Positions 12,371 to 26,650 of a DNA stretch of 64,000 nucleotides are shown here, piece by piece. Within the stretch, counting starts at the first letter, position 1, and the number at the start of each line of letters is the position of its first letter. A model generated the notes under the pieces. It was not told the origin of the DNA, ran no database searches, and worked only from the letters and a program-made list of their open reading frames with translations. The translations under genes were made by a program, and so were the position numbers. Source of the stretch: Octopus vulgaris (Eukaryota); NCBI GenBank assembly GCA_951406725.2, contig OX597837.1, positions 45,384,001 through 45,448,000 on the forward strand, in the 5' to 3' direction.

Positions 12371-12722
12371 CACCTTGAGCAAGTGTCTTCTACTATAGCC
12401 TCGGGCCAACCAAAGCCTTGTGAGTGCATTTGGTAGACGGAAACTGAAAGAAGCCCGTCGTATATATGTATGCGTATATATAATATATATATATACTACT
12501 GAAGAGGAAAAAATATATTATGAGATTAATTCCGAAATTGATTCAATATAGAAATAACGAACTTTTTAATAAATTCTTTTGGCCAGCTTTCCTAATTTCA
12601 GCTCTACGTGTTTTCTGTAGCGAGTAAATAATATGTGGAAATTGACGATTTAAAAGTCTGTTATCAGCATATTGGCATAGAAATAATTTTCTTTAACCCT
12701 TGTTTATGAGTTATATACATAT

Positions 12723-12768
<46 letters not shown>

Positions 12769-12777
12769 ATATGTATA

Positions 12778-12820
<43 letters not shown>

Positions 12821-13055
12821 GTGTGTGTATATTTGAGTGTCTGTGTTTGTCCCCCTAACATCGCTTGACAACCGATGGTGCTGTGTTTAAGTCCCCGTAA
12901 ATTAGCTGTTAGGCAAATGAGACCGATAGAATAAGTACTAGGCTTACAAAAGAATAAGTCCTTGGGTCGATTTGCTCGACTAAAGGTGGTGCTCTAGCAT
13001 GGCCGCAGTCAAATGACTGAAACACGTAAAAGAGTAAAGAGTAAAGAGTAAAGAT
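12371..13055 (+). mobile_element. 5'-truncated CORE-type SINE interrupted by a hammerhead-bearing insert in its TA tract
   Basis: CCTTGAGCAAGTGTCTTCTACTATAGCC...GAAGCCCGTCG, foreign sequence at about 12495-12715, then SINE 3' half ending in (AGAGTAA)n. Confidence 0.85.
12496..12551 (+). ncRNA. Hammerhead-like motif, weak stem I
   Basis: CTA-CTGAAGA-GGAA(20 nt)TTCC-GAAA-TTGA(t)TCAA-TA-TAG. Confidence 0.6.
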
Positions 13056-13323
13056 TAAAAGGACATGCAGAGAGACATCGCAGTTACTACTACCGTTAGC
13101 AGTCGTAATTCGATAATCTGGCAGAAAAAGAAGACATTTTCATCAACAACAAAACGAAAACACACAGGCAAGCTAACAATTAACAAAAGGTTAGAATTGA
13201 ATAAACGCTTGAGGCTAGTATAAATAACGGCCATAAATGGTCAGCTGAATTCTGGACCCAATTCCTCTTTATACACATCAATGTCGATGGAACACAATGC
13301 ACAACGGCAAATTATACAGCAAC

Positions 13324-13375
<52 letters not shown>

Positions 13376-13392
13376 GAGAGAGAGAGAGAGAG

Positions 13393-13469
<77 letters not shown>

Positions 13470-14043
13470 TGACTGTGTGTGTGCGTGTGCTAAATCGGAT
13501 ACCGCACATGATGCGATACCCTCTCTCACACTTTCTCTCTCCCTCTGTCCCTTTCATTCACTGATTATTTCTCTCTCTCTTTCCCTCTCCCCCCTCTCTC
13601 TCTTTTTGTCTCTATCTTTCTCTCCCACTCGGCCCTTTTATTAGCACCTTTATAAAATAACTATAAAGGTATTTGTGAAGAAAATTGGAAAATTATTGAC
13701 AAAGAGTTTTTAACCTGAAATATCAAGATTGATTAAATATTTCAAAGGCGATATTACAACAAGCTTCCTACTGTCATTTTTTATATCTCAGTTTCTATCT
13801 GCATTGCGATTACCTACACGCATACAGAGACACACACACGCACGCACACACACACACCCACACATACACACACAGACACACACACACACACATAATACAA
13901 ACACACAAACGCATGCATTTATCTATGTATATATAACCATGAATATATGCGTATATAGCCATGTATATATGCATATATATAAGTACATATATGTATATAC
14001 TTATGTATGCATATTTATCTATCTAGCTAGTTAGCTATGTATG

Positions 14044-14112
<69 letters not shown>

Positions 14113-15409
14113 TGAAATCTATAGTTATGAGGTGATAAGGAACGTAGCTAAATATGAGTATATATATAATGTATAAAAATGTGTCTGTGTATATATATAT
14201 AGATAGATATGCATGTAAATAAATAAATACATTCATATAAATATGTGTGTGTCTACGTATACTCATAATGTACACAGACACATATTCATGTGCATACGTA
14301 CATACACACGCGTACATATAATATAATATATATGTATATATATATATGTATGTATGTATGTATTTATGAATATTTACATGAGTGTGCGTGAATGTGCTTG
14401 TGTGCGGGGTGCGGTGTACGTTTGTCATAAGGGCTGCTGGTATATCTGTTGATAATCCTATTGTCCCTTTGGCAAGCTGAGCCCATTATCTCCAGTAACG
14501 CTCTTTTATCTAATGATTAATATATTCACTCTACATTGATTTTGTATTGAGCACTGCTTATTTCATTTTGGTTATATCTGCCATCACCTGTAGATGTTCT
14601 GTACCTAAACGTTCCTTGAGACCATTATCTCCGCTAGCAATAACTATACATATACACACACACTCATATATATATATATATATATATATAAGTATATGTA
14701 TATATAAATATATATATATATATCCATGTATGTATGTATATATGCGTGTGTGTATACATATATATATATGTATGAGTATATATATATATGTGTGTGCGTG
14801 TATATATATATATATCCATATATGTCTATTCATATGCATGTGTATGCATATATAGAAATATATATACGTATATACATATACATATGTATATATATATATA
14901 CATATATATACATATCTATACATATATATATATATATATATTAACATGTACGTATAGGTAATAAAGAAGAGTGCGAGGAGAGTGTGTGGGAAAGTGTATG
15001 TATATGTATACGTGTGTGTATTTGTGTGTGTTTGTGCGTGTTTGTATGTGTGTGCGTACATTTGTTAATATATATATATATAGTTGCGTATGTACATGCA
15101 GATACGTACATATAACTTACAGAATATAATAATACTTATATGTATTTGTATGTATATATCTACATGCGTGCGTGTATGTATACACACACATACACACAGG
15201 CTCATACACACATACACACATACCCGTGACAGACATATGGCGAAGTTTGCTAAAATGTGTTGAAGTTTCTGTGCCAAATAGTTTTCTTTTCCTAATCAAT
15301 TTCTATCCTTTCTTTCGAGTTCTGTCGATCTATATTCTATACCTACGTTTGATGGAGAGTATATATATAATGGTTTCTCACACACGGACACACATTCACG
15401 TATAAACAC

Positions 15410-15452
<43 letters not shown>

Positions 15453-15721
15453 GAGTACGAGAGTGAAAAAATTGTATATATATATATATATATACAAGCA
15501 TATTTATATGTGTGTGTATCTATATATACACACACGAATACATGTAGATAGATATATTAATAGAATAGATAGATAGATTGATTGATAGATAGGTAGGTAG
15601 ATAGATAATATATAAGTATTTAAATATACATAACCATGTCGATATATGTGTGTGTGTTTCTGTGTAGATATATATATATATATACATATGTATACATATG
15701 TGTGCACATATACATATGTAG

Positions 15722-15764
<43 letters not shown>

Positions 15765-16197
15765 GGTATACATGCATACCTAAAAATATATATTTATACA
15801 CGCTAATATATATATGCAATTATATAATGTATATATATATTTATATGTATATATATAGAGAGAATATAACAGAGGTGTACATATATATCTATATATGTGT
15901 ACATATACGCGCATATATATATATATATATAGATATATATCGTATGTATATGTATATATATATATATATTGACATGCGCATATTTCTTGCGTGTATTTGT
16001 CGTAAAGTGATTACATCAATATGGACATAGATATATTGATGGCCAAAAGGGTTTATTACAGAGATACGTATATAAATTGATAATTAGATCGATAAATAGA
16101 TACAGAATTATATACGTAGAAACGCATATAGTTTAGCAAGCGTGTGTATATACAGATACATAGTGAAACATGTGTAAATATGTCTTGAAGCGAACGA

Positions 16198-16264
<67 letters not shown>

Positions 16265-16353
16265 GAAACGCTCTGAGTTATATAGATATATATTTCTGAT
16301 CGAATGTATGTGTATAGATATTAGGTTTATTTCCCTTCAAAACTTCAGATATT

Positions 16354-16354
<1 letters not shown>

Positions 16355-16438
<84 letters not shown>

Positions 16439-16439
16439 C

Positions 16440-16525
<86 letters not shown>

Positions 16526-16540
16526 AGGGATGGATGGATG

Positions 16541-16576
<36 letters not shown>

Positions 16577-16582
16577 TGGATG

Positions 16583-16660
<78 letters not shown>

Positions 16661-16690
16661 AAGATAGATAGAAAGATAGATAGATAGATA
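16355..16690. repeat. (AGAT)n/(GGAT)n compound microsatellite
   Basis: Long GATA run with GGAT and GAAA variants. Confidence 0.97.
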
Positions 16691-16881
16691 TTCATGCAAA
16701 CATTTTTGTGAGTTGTATGGGTATCTGTAGATTCAAACACGTACGTATACACATATATTATGTTGTGCGCCAACATGGCGAAATCTGCGATATTTGAAAC
16801 AAAAAGCAAAAAAATTATTTTCTCAATATATACCTGTGTTTCTTTCTGTAAATCTTTTTCTCGCTCCATCTTTTTATCAAT

Positions 16882-16953
<72 letters not shown>

Positions 16954-17276
16954 TTATCTATCTATCTATATATATATCTATCTATATATCTATCTATCAT
17001 CTATATATCTATCATTCGAAATACACTCACACACATTGCGCAATACCTTTCGATCTTGGTAGGTATCTAGTTACGTCTCCGTAGCTTAGATATCAGAGAG
17101 TCTTCAAAGTAGTCTATTTAGATTATATATATATAATATATATATATGCACACACACACATATATGTACATATATATGCATATGCATATACATATATATA
17201 TATGGATATATATACGTATATATATACATACATATGTATGTGTGTATGTATGCATATATGTATATATCTATGTATA

Positions 17277-17413
<137 letters not shown>

Positions 17414-17615
17414 TAATGGTGCCATTGAAACCCAAAGGTTTCAGGTAACGTTGAATAAGTGCTATAGGCAAACTATAGTTAAGTTCCAGATTCGGGAATT
17501 TTGCGAATAAGTGGTTCAACGTTGGTTCTATGTCAGCGTGTGTATATAAGAATTTTTTGCGTAATGAGATTAAAAAAAACCAAGGCTGTGTAGATATTAG
17601 AACATTTATAGATAG

Positions 17616-17667
17616 GTCTTACAGCTGTTTCCAGGATATTTATTAATAATATCCCTTCGTCGGAGAC
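17616..17667 (-). ncRNA. Minimal type I hammerhead with one core substitution
   Basis: Minus strand GTCT-CCGACGA-ag-GGATATT(attaata)AATATCC-tg-GAAA-CAGCTG-TA-AGAC; CUGA core reads CCGA. Confidence 0.7.
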
Positions 17668-17929
17668 GGTGTGAGGGGATAGATGTGAGGGGGTAGTTTA
17701 GATGCGATACAAAATAGAGAGTGAGGTGGAGGAAAGACAATAGATGCAAGATATGTATGGATATTGAATTTGTAGATCCATTGTTAGGCAGAATGGTATA
17801 CATGTAATATTCCAATACCCTATGAGTAAAGTCCAAAAGTCCAACAGAGTTTAAAATGGGTCCTTCCAAATATGGAGTTTATACACAATGTAAGATTGCC
17901 TTATGAGTGAGATCAGCAGTTTTTAAACT

Positions 17930-18500
17930 TGGTCATTCCAAGTAGAGAATTTATATACAGTGTTGCAGAATCAATTGTTTTTATTTAGATAAAAACCATT
18001 GACTCTGCAACACTAATAGTGTCTCTGTCACTCTTATATATATTTTTAAAGAGGAGTGTATCCGAATGTCTCTTAAAAACCGTACTTTGATACTGAGATA
18101 CTTTTCAGCCAGAAATGGCCGGGACCATGATTAGCTTAATAGAACAATCTGGAGAAGACATTTAATCAGATTTCATGTTGCAGCCATACTTTGGGCACAA
18201 TATCCTACTCGAGCAGAGAGTGAATTTGGATGTAAGGGCTTTAAAAATTTGTTGGGATTCATCCAGGAACTGTTTGAATGTTATGAGGAATTTTTCTTTC
18301 TTTATGTCTCTTGGGGTGGTGTTAAAGAGAGCAGGGCCAGTTGAGTCGGACAATTTTCTCTTTGTTTTATGGTGTGATGCGAGCACGATTTTTAAATGAT
18401 CTTTGAGGCGGTTTTATAACTAAGGACCTTAAAATGCCAAACCCTGGTATTATAGGGTCAGTATGGTGCCAGAATATGAGGAAGGAATGTTGTGGTCAGA
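17930..18500 (-). mobile_element. Decayed CR1/L2-like LINE 3' fragment
   Basis: ORF 18162-18386 contains STGPALFNTTPRDIKKEKFLITFKQFLD, resembling the post-RT GP.LFN.LP..I.......FK..LD motif. Confidence 0.55.
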
Positions 18501-19002
18501 CAGTACTTCTATTTGAACTTTTTTTCTTTCTTCTGTGGAACGTCAAAGTTCCTAAGATTTTCGAGAATCTTATACACACACATATATACTCGTATATGCA
18601 TACATACACAACTTACGCTTGTACACACATCCACACACACACATTCATACAGACATACACACACACATATATATCTATTTGTATACACACACACACATAT
18701 ATATATATAGAGAGAGAGGGATAGATATAGGCATAATATGTATGTATATATAGGCGTGTATGTAGTAATATTTTCAGGTTTATCAATAAATATGTATGTG
18801 CACATAGGTAGATATATTTCACATTATTTCTTATGCCTATACTCTTGATATGAGCTTATATATGCGTACATTTTATACGCGCTTGCGCAGGCACATATAC
18901 ATATGCTCATACAAACTCACACATACGCACACACACCCTTACACACATATATATGCATATATATATATATATATATACTCAAAGTATATATGTATGTATA
19001 TA

Positions 19003-19041
<39 letters not shown>

Positions 19042-19111
19042 TAAATATATATATATGTATGCAAGTCTACATATGTATGTGTGTATAAACATATATATAC
19101 ACACACAAATA

Positions 19112-19142
<31 letters not shown>

Positions 19143-19368
19143 GCACACACACACACACATATATATATATATACTTACATATATGCATACATACATACAC
19201 TCATATGCATTAGGAATGACATAAACATGATGTAAAATGCTATCCCCGTTGCGGGATTCACCGCTTGAACCTGTAACTATGATACAGCATTGTAGTTTTG
19301 CCAGGAACCTCCATCTATTACCTTCTTCCCTTCCTTCTTTCTCATTCTCTCTTTACATCTTCTTCGTG

Positions 19369-19399
<31 letters not shown>

Positions 19400-19788
19400 T
19401 TACACACGCGCACCTACACTCCTCCTCTCCTTCTTCTTCGTTCGTCTCTTCTGCTCTCGCCTGCTCAGAGTCTAGCTTTCATCTTGTTCCATCGACTAAA
19501 CGTAATGGTTAAACGAGATGCCCAGCTGTGAGGCAACATTATTGATATTCCAACGAGGAGCGGGGGGGGTAGGAGGAAAAGAAATATTAAGAGGAGGAAG
19601 GGGAACGGCAGGAGGAGGAGGAGGAGGAGGAGAAAGAGAGGCATGTGAATACAGAGGGACACAGAAATAATCAAACGAACAACAACAAAAAAAGCACACA
19701 AATAAAAACAGAAACAAGAGATACACAATCGGAAAAAAATATATAAAAACCTAAAACAGACGAAAAGCAAAAATATACAATAACATGT

Positions 19789-19819
<31 letters not shown>

Positions 19820-20172
19820 CCCTAATGCACAAATTTATATGAAATAAATATACCATATATCTTAACTTATTGACATCTGCCATTGATAGATTGGTTCAAC
19901 ATCACTTGTAGAACGTTGATGATGATGCGGTGATGATGATGATGATGATGATGATGATCATAATAATAGCAATAATAACAACAACAACACTAATATATAC
20001 TTTTTTTTTTTCCAAATAGAAAAGTACTGCAAAGTTACTACAGCGGAGTAAGAAAAATTACTTTGAAGTAAGCAAAGGAAAACTGCTGAGTGCAATAAGG
20101 AAAAGCGAAGAAAACAAAACACAAATATTCTTTATTTTCACATATACATACATACATACATATGTATATATA

Positions 20173-20478
<306 letters not shown>

Positions 20479-20506
20479 TGTATATATACATTTATATATG
20501 TGTGTG

Positions 20507-20587
<81 letters not shown>

Positions 20588-21094
20588 ATGTATATATATG
20601 TATATATGAAAACAATGGAGTACAACCTGGAATCTAAGTACATCGAAAAAGATTCAGATAAGGACAAAACAGCAGAAAAAGTTTCTTTATGCAAAAAAAA
20701 AAAAAAACAGTAACAAACGACAAAATCAGGATAGAATTCCAAGATATACCGAAGAAAAAGAAAACGCAGAGGAGAAAATAAAAGAAAAGCCAGCCCAGAG
20801 TCAATATTTCGTAGGATTTGAATAGATGGAAAATGAAAGCCAGCGATAGCTGAATAGTTCTGTTCGGAAAGCAGAAAGAGGAGGTTCGATTTTAGCTTCA
20901 TAAAACCGTTAACTGATCACAATCAGCCGCAATAATTAGTGAGAAAATATATATCGAGTGCAAAACTGTGCAATCAATACATTATTTGCAGTTGACCACA
21001 ATGTTTGCAGTGGCTCAGTCCTTGCCATGTGGGTTCAATTCACAGATGCGATTGAACTGGCAGCTAAGTCTGCAGCCATATTACCCCCTTTGAT

Positions 21095-21405
21095 CTTTTA
21101 CTTGTTTCAGTCACTTGACTGTGGCCATGCTGGAGCACCGCCTTTAATCGAGCAAATCGACCCCAGGACTTATTCTTTGTAGCCTAGTACTTATTCTATA
21201 TGTGTCTTTTGTCGAACCGCTAAGTTATGGGAACGTAAACACACCAGCATCGGTTGTCAAGCGAAGTTAGAGTGACAGACACATAAACACACACACATAT
21301 ATATATACATACATACGATGGGCTTCTTTCAGTTTCCATCTACCAAATCCACTCACAAGGCTTTGGTCGGCCTGAGGCTATAGTAGAAGACACTTGCCCA
21401 AGGTT
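21095..21405 (-). mobile_element. 5'-truncated CORE-type SINE
   Basis: Reverse complement of the 32753-33200 family, truncated at the same point as the copy at 12371. Confidence 0.88.
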
Positions 21406-21729
21406 TACTGTTCAATTTTCTTTTCTTTTAAAGGTAATGTTCTCTTTCAGAGACGGCATTCGTAATGGCCGAATTGTACTTCCCAAATGAAATTAGCTGT
21501 AGTTCACTCACGGCATAAATATACATATATATATTTCGGCGAATGGTGTAGTTGGACAGCTGCGTTCTTTTATGTAACTTAGACCCATTTCTTCTAATTA
21601 AAAGACAGGACAGTCACGAGTATCTAAATAAAAGACAGAACACTCACGGCTGCGTGAAAAAGAAACGGAACAACCACGGTTGTCTAAATAAAAGACGAAA
21701 CGGTCTCAGCTTAATTTCTTAATCATAGG

Positions 21730-22310
21730 TTTTCTTCATTAGGTATTTGAACTTGCCTACAGTAAAAACAAAGTGAAATAAACAAAATATAGGCTATGAA
21801 AGCAGAACCAGTGCCAGTAACATTAGTTCCACAAGGCATTTATTAAAAACGTGAAGAAAGGCAAACAGATGTTTTGCAAACAACCTGCAGAAACAAGTCC
21901 TACCATTTGAAAGCTCCACGTCCTAGACGCTGGCAAGCTTATAGGGTCACCAGCAGAGAATGTGCGCTGTTTCAGGGCCTTCCTCTCAACGGCATTACTG
22001 TGCACTGCCCCCCTCCTCACTGAGATGGGACCCTGCTTGCTAGATGAACGGGTTACGAGGTTTCGCTTAATATTTTTCTCGCCATTGCTCATTGTCTCTT
22101 TTTAACCAAATCCATTGGCTTGCCATTTCTGTTGTCGTTTGAATATCATTCATGAAGGTATTTGCTTTACGATGAGTTAGGCCCAGCGACAACAGTCGCC
22201 TGACACAGTGTCCAAGGAATCAGCTACAGACAACTTTTATTGGAAAATGCTCTGCTATCCAGCCTTCGTCTTCACATTCCTCGAGGAGGTTTTTTATAAA
22301 GAGTCAGAAA
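21730..22310 (-). mobile_element. Possible decayed Mutator-like transposase fragment
   Basis: Minus-strand peptide RTCFCRLFAKHLFAFLHVF resembles a SWIM finger; adjacent ~30-bp imperfect tandem repeats at 21599-21710; many stops. Confidence 0.3.
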
Positions 22311-22481
22311 AGATACTAATAATATTCTGGCTTGTAGCTTTACATAAACGAGCCAACGAAGCGTCACTACACGGTCAACCGATTTGTTAGAGTTGGCAAC
22401 CAAATCTCCCTTGAGTCAAATTCCACTGTCTTACAATAAGAAGGACACAATAAATAATGATGTCACGGATAGGCCTAAAAT

Positions 22482-22932
22482 GTTTGTTCCTTCTCGAGCC
22501 ATGGCTCATAAGGGCCGGTTTCCCGGTTTCTTGGCGTATAGGTTCCCCACCTGGACGGGACACCGGTCCGTCGCAGGTGAGCTGCAAGATGTAGGAGGAA
22601 AGAGTGAGAGAAAGTTGTGGCGAAAGAATCAGCAGAAGTTTCGCCATTACCTTCTGCCGGAGCCAAGTGGAGCTTAGGTGTTTCGCTCATAAACACACAC
22701 ATCGCCCGGTCTGAGATTCGAACCCTTGATGAGCTGCAAGATGCAGGAGGAAAGAGTGAGAGAAAGTTGTGGTGAAAGAGTCAGCAGAAGTTTCGCCATT
22801 ACCTTCTGCCGGAGCCACGTGGAGCTTAGGTGTTTTCGCTCATAAACACACACATCGCCCGGTTTGAGATTCGAACCCGCTATCCCTCGACCGTGAGCCC
22901 GCTGCTCTAACCACTAGGCCATGTGCCTCCAC
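22482..22932 (-). mobile_element. tRNA-derived SINE (body 1 + tail 1) with internal ~150-bp tandem duplication and TSD
   Basis: TSD ATAGGCCTAAAAT at 22469-22481 and 22935-22947; segment GAGCTGCAAGAT...GATTCGAACCC present twice. Confidence 0.92.
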
Positions 22933-23489
22933 CAATAGGCCTAAAATACTGGGTGGTGGTCATTATGAAATGTCTGACTCTCGGTTTAGTCTACCGGTTT
23001 TCAACAACAGCAGAAATAAAAAGAGATTTATTGGATAATGCATTTCTGGCTTCTCGTTAAATCGGCGAAAGACGGGATGGTCAAACATGGAATATTTCTG
23101 CTCGATCAAGTCTGACCTGTGGTTAAACAACAACAATAACTTCACAGAAAATGCCAGAAATAGTTATGGCAGTCACAACGCTTTTATAATGGAATTCATA
23201 ATGGAATTCCTGGTATGTTAAGGAAGCTTGATCGGGGATATGACTTAGATTGTAATACCTATCCGCTCTAGTACACTCATAAATACGCACGCATGCACAC
23301 TCACACAGAGGCATGTACAGGCATGTACACACAAATATACATGTGCACATGCGCAGACACACACACTCATATTCGCATACATATACATTAAAATCCCATG
23401 TTAGAAACAATATTAGGATGAGCAAACAAAAGCAATAAACATGATAATGGTTTCTTTTGAATAAATATTGGTTCGTTGATAATATAAAC

Positions 23490-23515
23490 AGTGATAATAA
23501 TAATGATAATAATAA

Positions 23516-23546
<31 letters not shown>

Positions 23547-23649
23547 AAGAAAAAGAAGAAGAAGAAGAATTATAATAATAATAGTAATAATAATGATAAC
23601 AATGATAATAATAATAATAATAATAATAGTAATAATAATAATAATAATG

Positions 23650-23731
<82 letters not shown>

Positions 23732-23769
23732 TAATAATAATAATAATGATGATAATAATAATAATAATG

Positions 23770-23809
<40 letters not shown>

Positions 23810-23868
23810 TAATAATAATAACAATAATAACAATAATAATAATAACAATAATAATAATAATGATGATG

Positions 23869-23899
<31 letters not shown>

Positions 23900-24034
23900 T
23901 AATAGTAATAATAATAATAATAATAATAACAATAATAATAATAATGATAATGATGATAATAATAATAAGAAGAAGAAGAAGAATATAAGTAATAATAATA
24001 ATAATATGGACAATAATCATAAAAATAACAATAA

Positions 24035-24101
<67 letters not shown>
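23490..24101. repeat. Compound (AAT)n/(AAG)n/(TAG)n microsatellite
   Basis: About 600 bp of trinucleotide runs. Confidence 0.97.
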
Positions 24102-24102
<1 letters not shown>

Positions 24103-24258
24103 TTGTAATAATAAATAAATGATTAAAATTAAACATTATATGTGACAGAGAGCAGATAGAAAAAACCAAAAAAAGTAAAGCCCTCCCCCCCACCATCTTT
24201 GTTTGGTTGAATGGAAACAATAATTAAAAACACTCAAAGAATTCTGGAAAAAGCCGAA

Positions 24259-24305
<47 letters not shown>

Positions 24306-24750
24306 TTGCTTAGCGCCATCTGAGAGACATCTTTCGGATTACGGAGATACCATTATCAACTACAGTAACACGTAATACCACTACTACTACTATTGCTACT
24401 AAGAGTACCACTAACACCAACACCACCACCACTACCACTACTACTACTACTACTACTATTACTACTACTACTGCTACTACTGCTGCTGCTGCTGCTGCGA
24501 CTACTACTGCCATGTTTTTATTGATTTTCTTACGAGCGGTTGTGAACAGTAATCTCTTTGAGCATTTGTTGTTGCGTTGCGCAACGGGAGATCTCCAGCC
24601 GACCAGTTTATGGTCGGTTTTTCTTGTTTATAGATGGCTGATGCCACAATGCAGAAATATGACAGGACACATGGAGAAGAAGCTGTTAGCATCGCGAACA
24701 TCAGATTGCTTAGCACTTCAATAGTAATAGGGATATATATACACATATAC

Positions 24751-24810
<60 letters not shown>

Positions 24811-24811
24811 G

Positions 24812-24859
<48 letters not shown>

Positions 24860-24876
24860 CATATGTATAAATATAC

Positions 24877-24923
<47 letters not shown>

Positions 24924-25002
24924 TATGTATAAATATACATATGTATATATATATATATATAAATTGATCAAAATAAAATAAAAACATGATGCGAAGGATT
25001 CA

Positions 25003-25080
25003 GCGGTACATATGTTTCGGGCCTTTATTAGACAGATTTATAACAATGCATAATGTATGTCTGTGGCCTTCTTCAGCCGC
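25003..25080 (-). ncRNA. Type I hammerhead ribozyme with extended stem II
   Basis: Minus strand GCGG-CTGAAGA-aGGCC...GGCCc-GAAA-CATATG-TA-CCGC; lies in a ~200-nt unit between (TA)n tracts. Confidence 0.85.
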
Positions 25081-25220
25081 GCACAACAGCTTCCGCAAGG
25101 ACATGTGTTACATCAAAAATTCTGGGTTGGGGATGCAAATCCTCTCATTCACGTACGACATAATGCGTATATATATATATATGTATATACACATATATAT
25201 ATGTAAATATATATATATAT

Positions 25221-25259
<39 letters not shown>

Positions 25260-25281
25260 ATATACACATATGTATATGTAA

Positions 25282-25339
<58 letters not shown>

Positions 25340-25429
25340 ATGTATTTATATATATGTATGCATATATAAACATGTATGTTTTTATGAATGTATGTATCTA
25401 AGTATGTATGTGGAAGTCATGCCGTCCAG

Positions 25430-25550
25430 TTGGGGGATTAAACGAGATTATGTCAGAAAGCGTCATCCTGTGGCACCTGGTCCTAACTGTGCATTATGCA
25501 ATAAAATGTGCAAATCATCTTTTGCAGGGTTCAAGTGTCATACAAGGACC
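25430..25550 (+). mobile_element. Possible RTE LINE C-terminal zinc-finger fragment
   Basis: CALCNKMCKSSFAGFKCHTR resembles the C..C.R.C.S.AGL.SH.R tail of RTE ORFs. Confidence 0.4.
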
Positions 25551-25745
25551 TCCCTTTACATTATCAATGAATCATTTCTATGATTCATTCTTGCAATGGC
25601 TATTCTCGTTTACGAAAAAGTTGCCACCATATACATATATAATGTATTTATGTATGCATACATACATATATATTAACGTTTCTATATTTAAGAGATGAAG
25701 AATATATTATTTACATTCGACGGATATTTGTCATCTTGTTTGTTA

Positions 25746-25789
25746 ACACAACATTTCGGCTGATATACCCTCCAGCCTTCTTCAGGTGT
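25746..25789 (-). ncRNA. Minimal type I hammerhead
   Basis: Minus strand ACAC-CTGAAGA-A-GGCTG(gagggtatat)CAGCC-GAAA-TG-TT-GTGT; stem III reduced to ATGT. Confidence 0.75.
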
Positions 25790-25855
25790 CTTGGGGAAAT
25801 TTCTAACCTAGGTTCTCATTCGATGTTATTATTATTATTATTATTATTATCATTG

Positions 25856-26120
25856 TCATTTACTTTTAATCTGCATGTTTGATGCAATCACCTGCCGGGG
25901 CACACCCAGCGCCCTAGGGCAAGTGAAGGTTAAGAGTTGTTGAAATATAGCTGAAAGCTTGGGGAGGGGAAGTAGAGATATATCTCCATGTAATGCAAAC
26001 ACAAACATTTACATTGATAGGGTTTTTCTAAGGATGTGGGCAGTACTTGTTAGCACAATCTTTTGGATTTCCTTGAGACATGGTTTTCCAGGGATATTGT
26101 CTAGGTGTTTCTGACATCCC
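25856..26120 (-). mobile_element. R4/Dong-type non-LTR retrotransposon 3' end in (TAA)n
   Basis: Minus strand GCQKHLDNIPGKPCLKEIQKIVLTSTAHILRKTLSM* (26119-26009) plus 3'UTR, flanked by ATT repeats; homologous to ORF 28688-28936. Confidence 0.82.
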
Positions 26121-26192
<72 letters not shown>

Positions 26193-26209
26193 CATCATTA
26201 TTATTATTA

Positions 26210-26306
<97 letters not shown>

Positions 26307-26323
26307 CATCATTATTATTATTA

Positions 26324-26393
<70 letters not shown>

Positions 26394-26407
26394 CATTATT
26401 ATTATTA

Positions 26408-26496
<89 letters not shown>
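26121..26496. repeat. (ATT)n microsatellite with ATC variants
   Basis: About 375 bp trinucleotide run. Confidence 0.98.
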
Positions 26497-26498
<2 letters not shown>

Positions 26499-26526
26499 AT
26501 CTGCACACACGAACGTACGTATATAA

Positions 26527-26650
26527 AGTTCGCCATTGCCTTCTGCCGGTGCCGCGTAGAACTTGGGTGTTTCGCTCATAAACACACACATCGCCCGGTC
26601 TGAGATTCGAGCCCGCGATCCCTCGAACGCGAATCCGCTGCTCTAACCAG
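26527..26650 (-). mobile_element. tRNA-derived SINE fragment (body 1)
   Basis: Matches the head and body of the 22482-22932 copy. Confidence 0.85.

Noticed and set aside
21599-21710. CRISPR-like repeat-spacer array
   Set aside because: Imperfect ~30-bp tandem units without unique spacers, eukaryotic context, no cas genes
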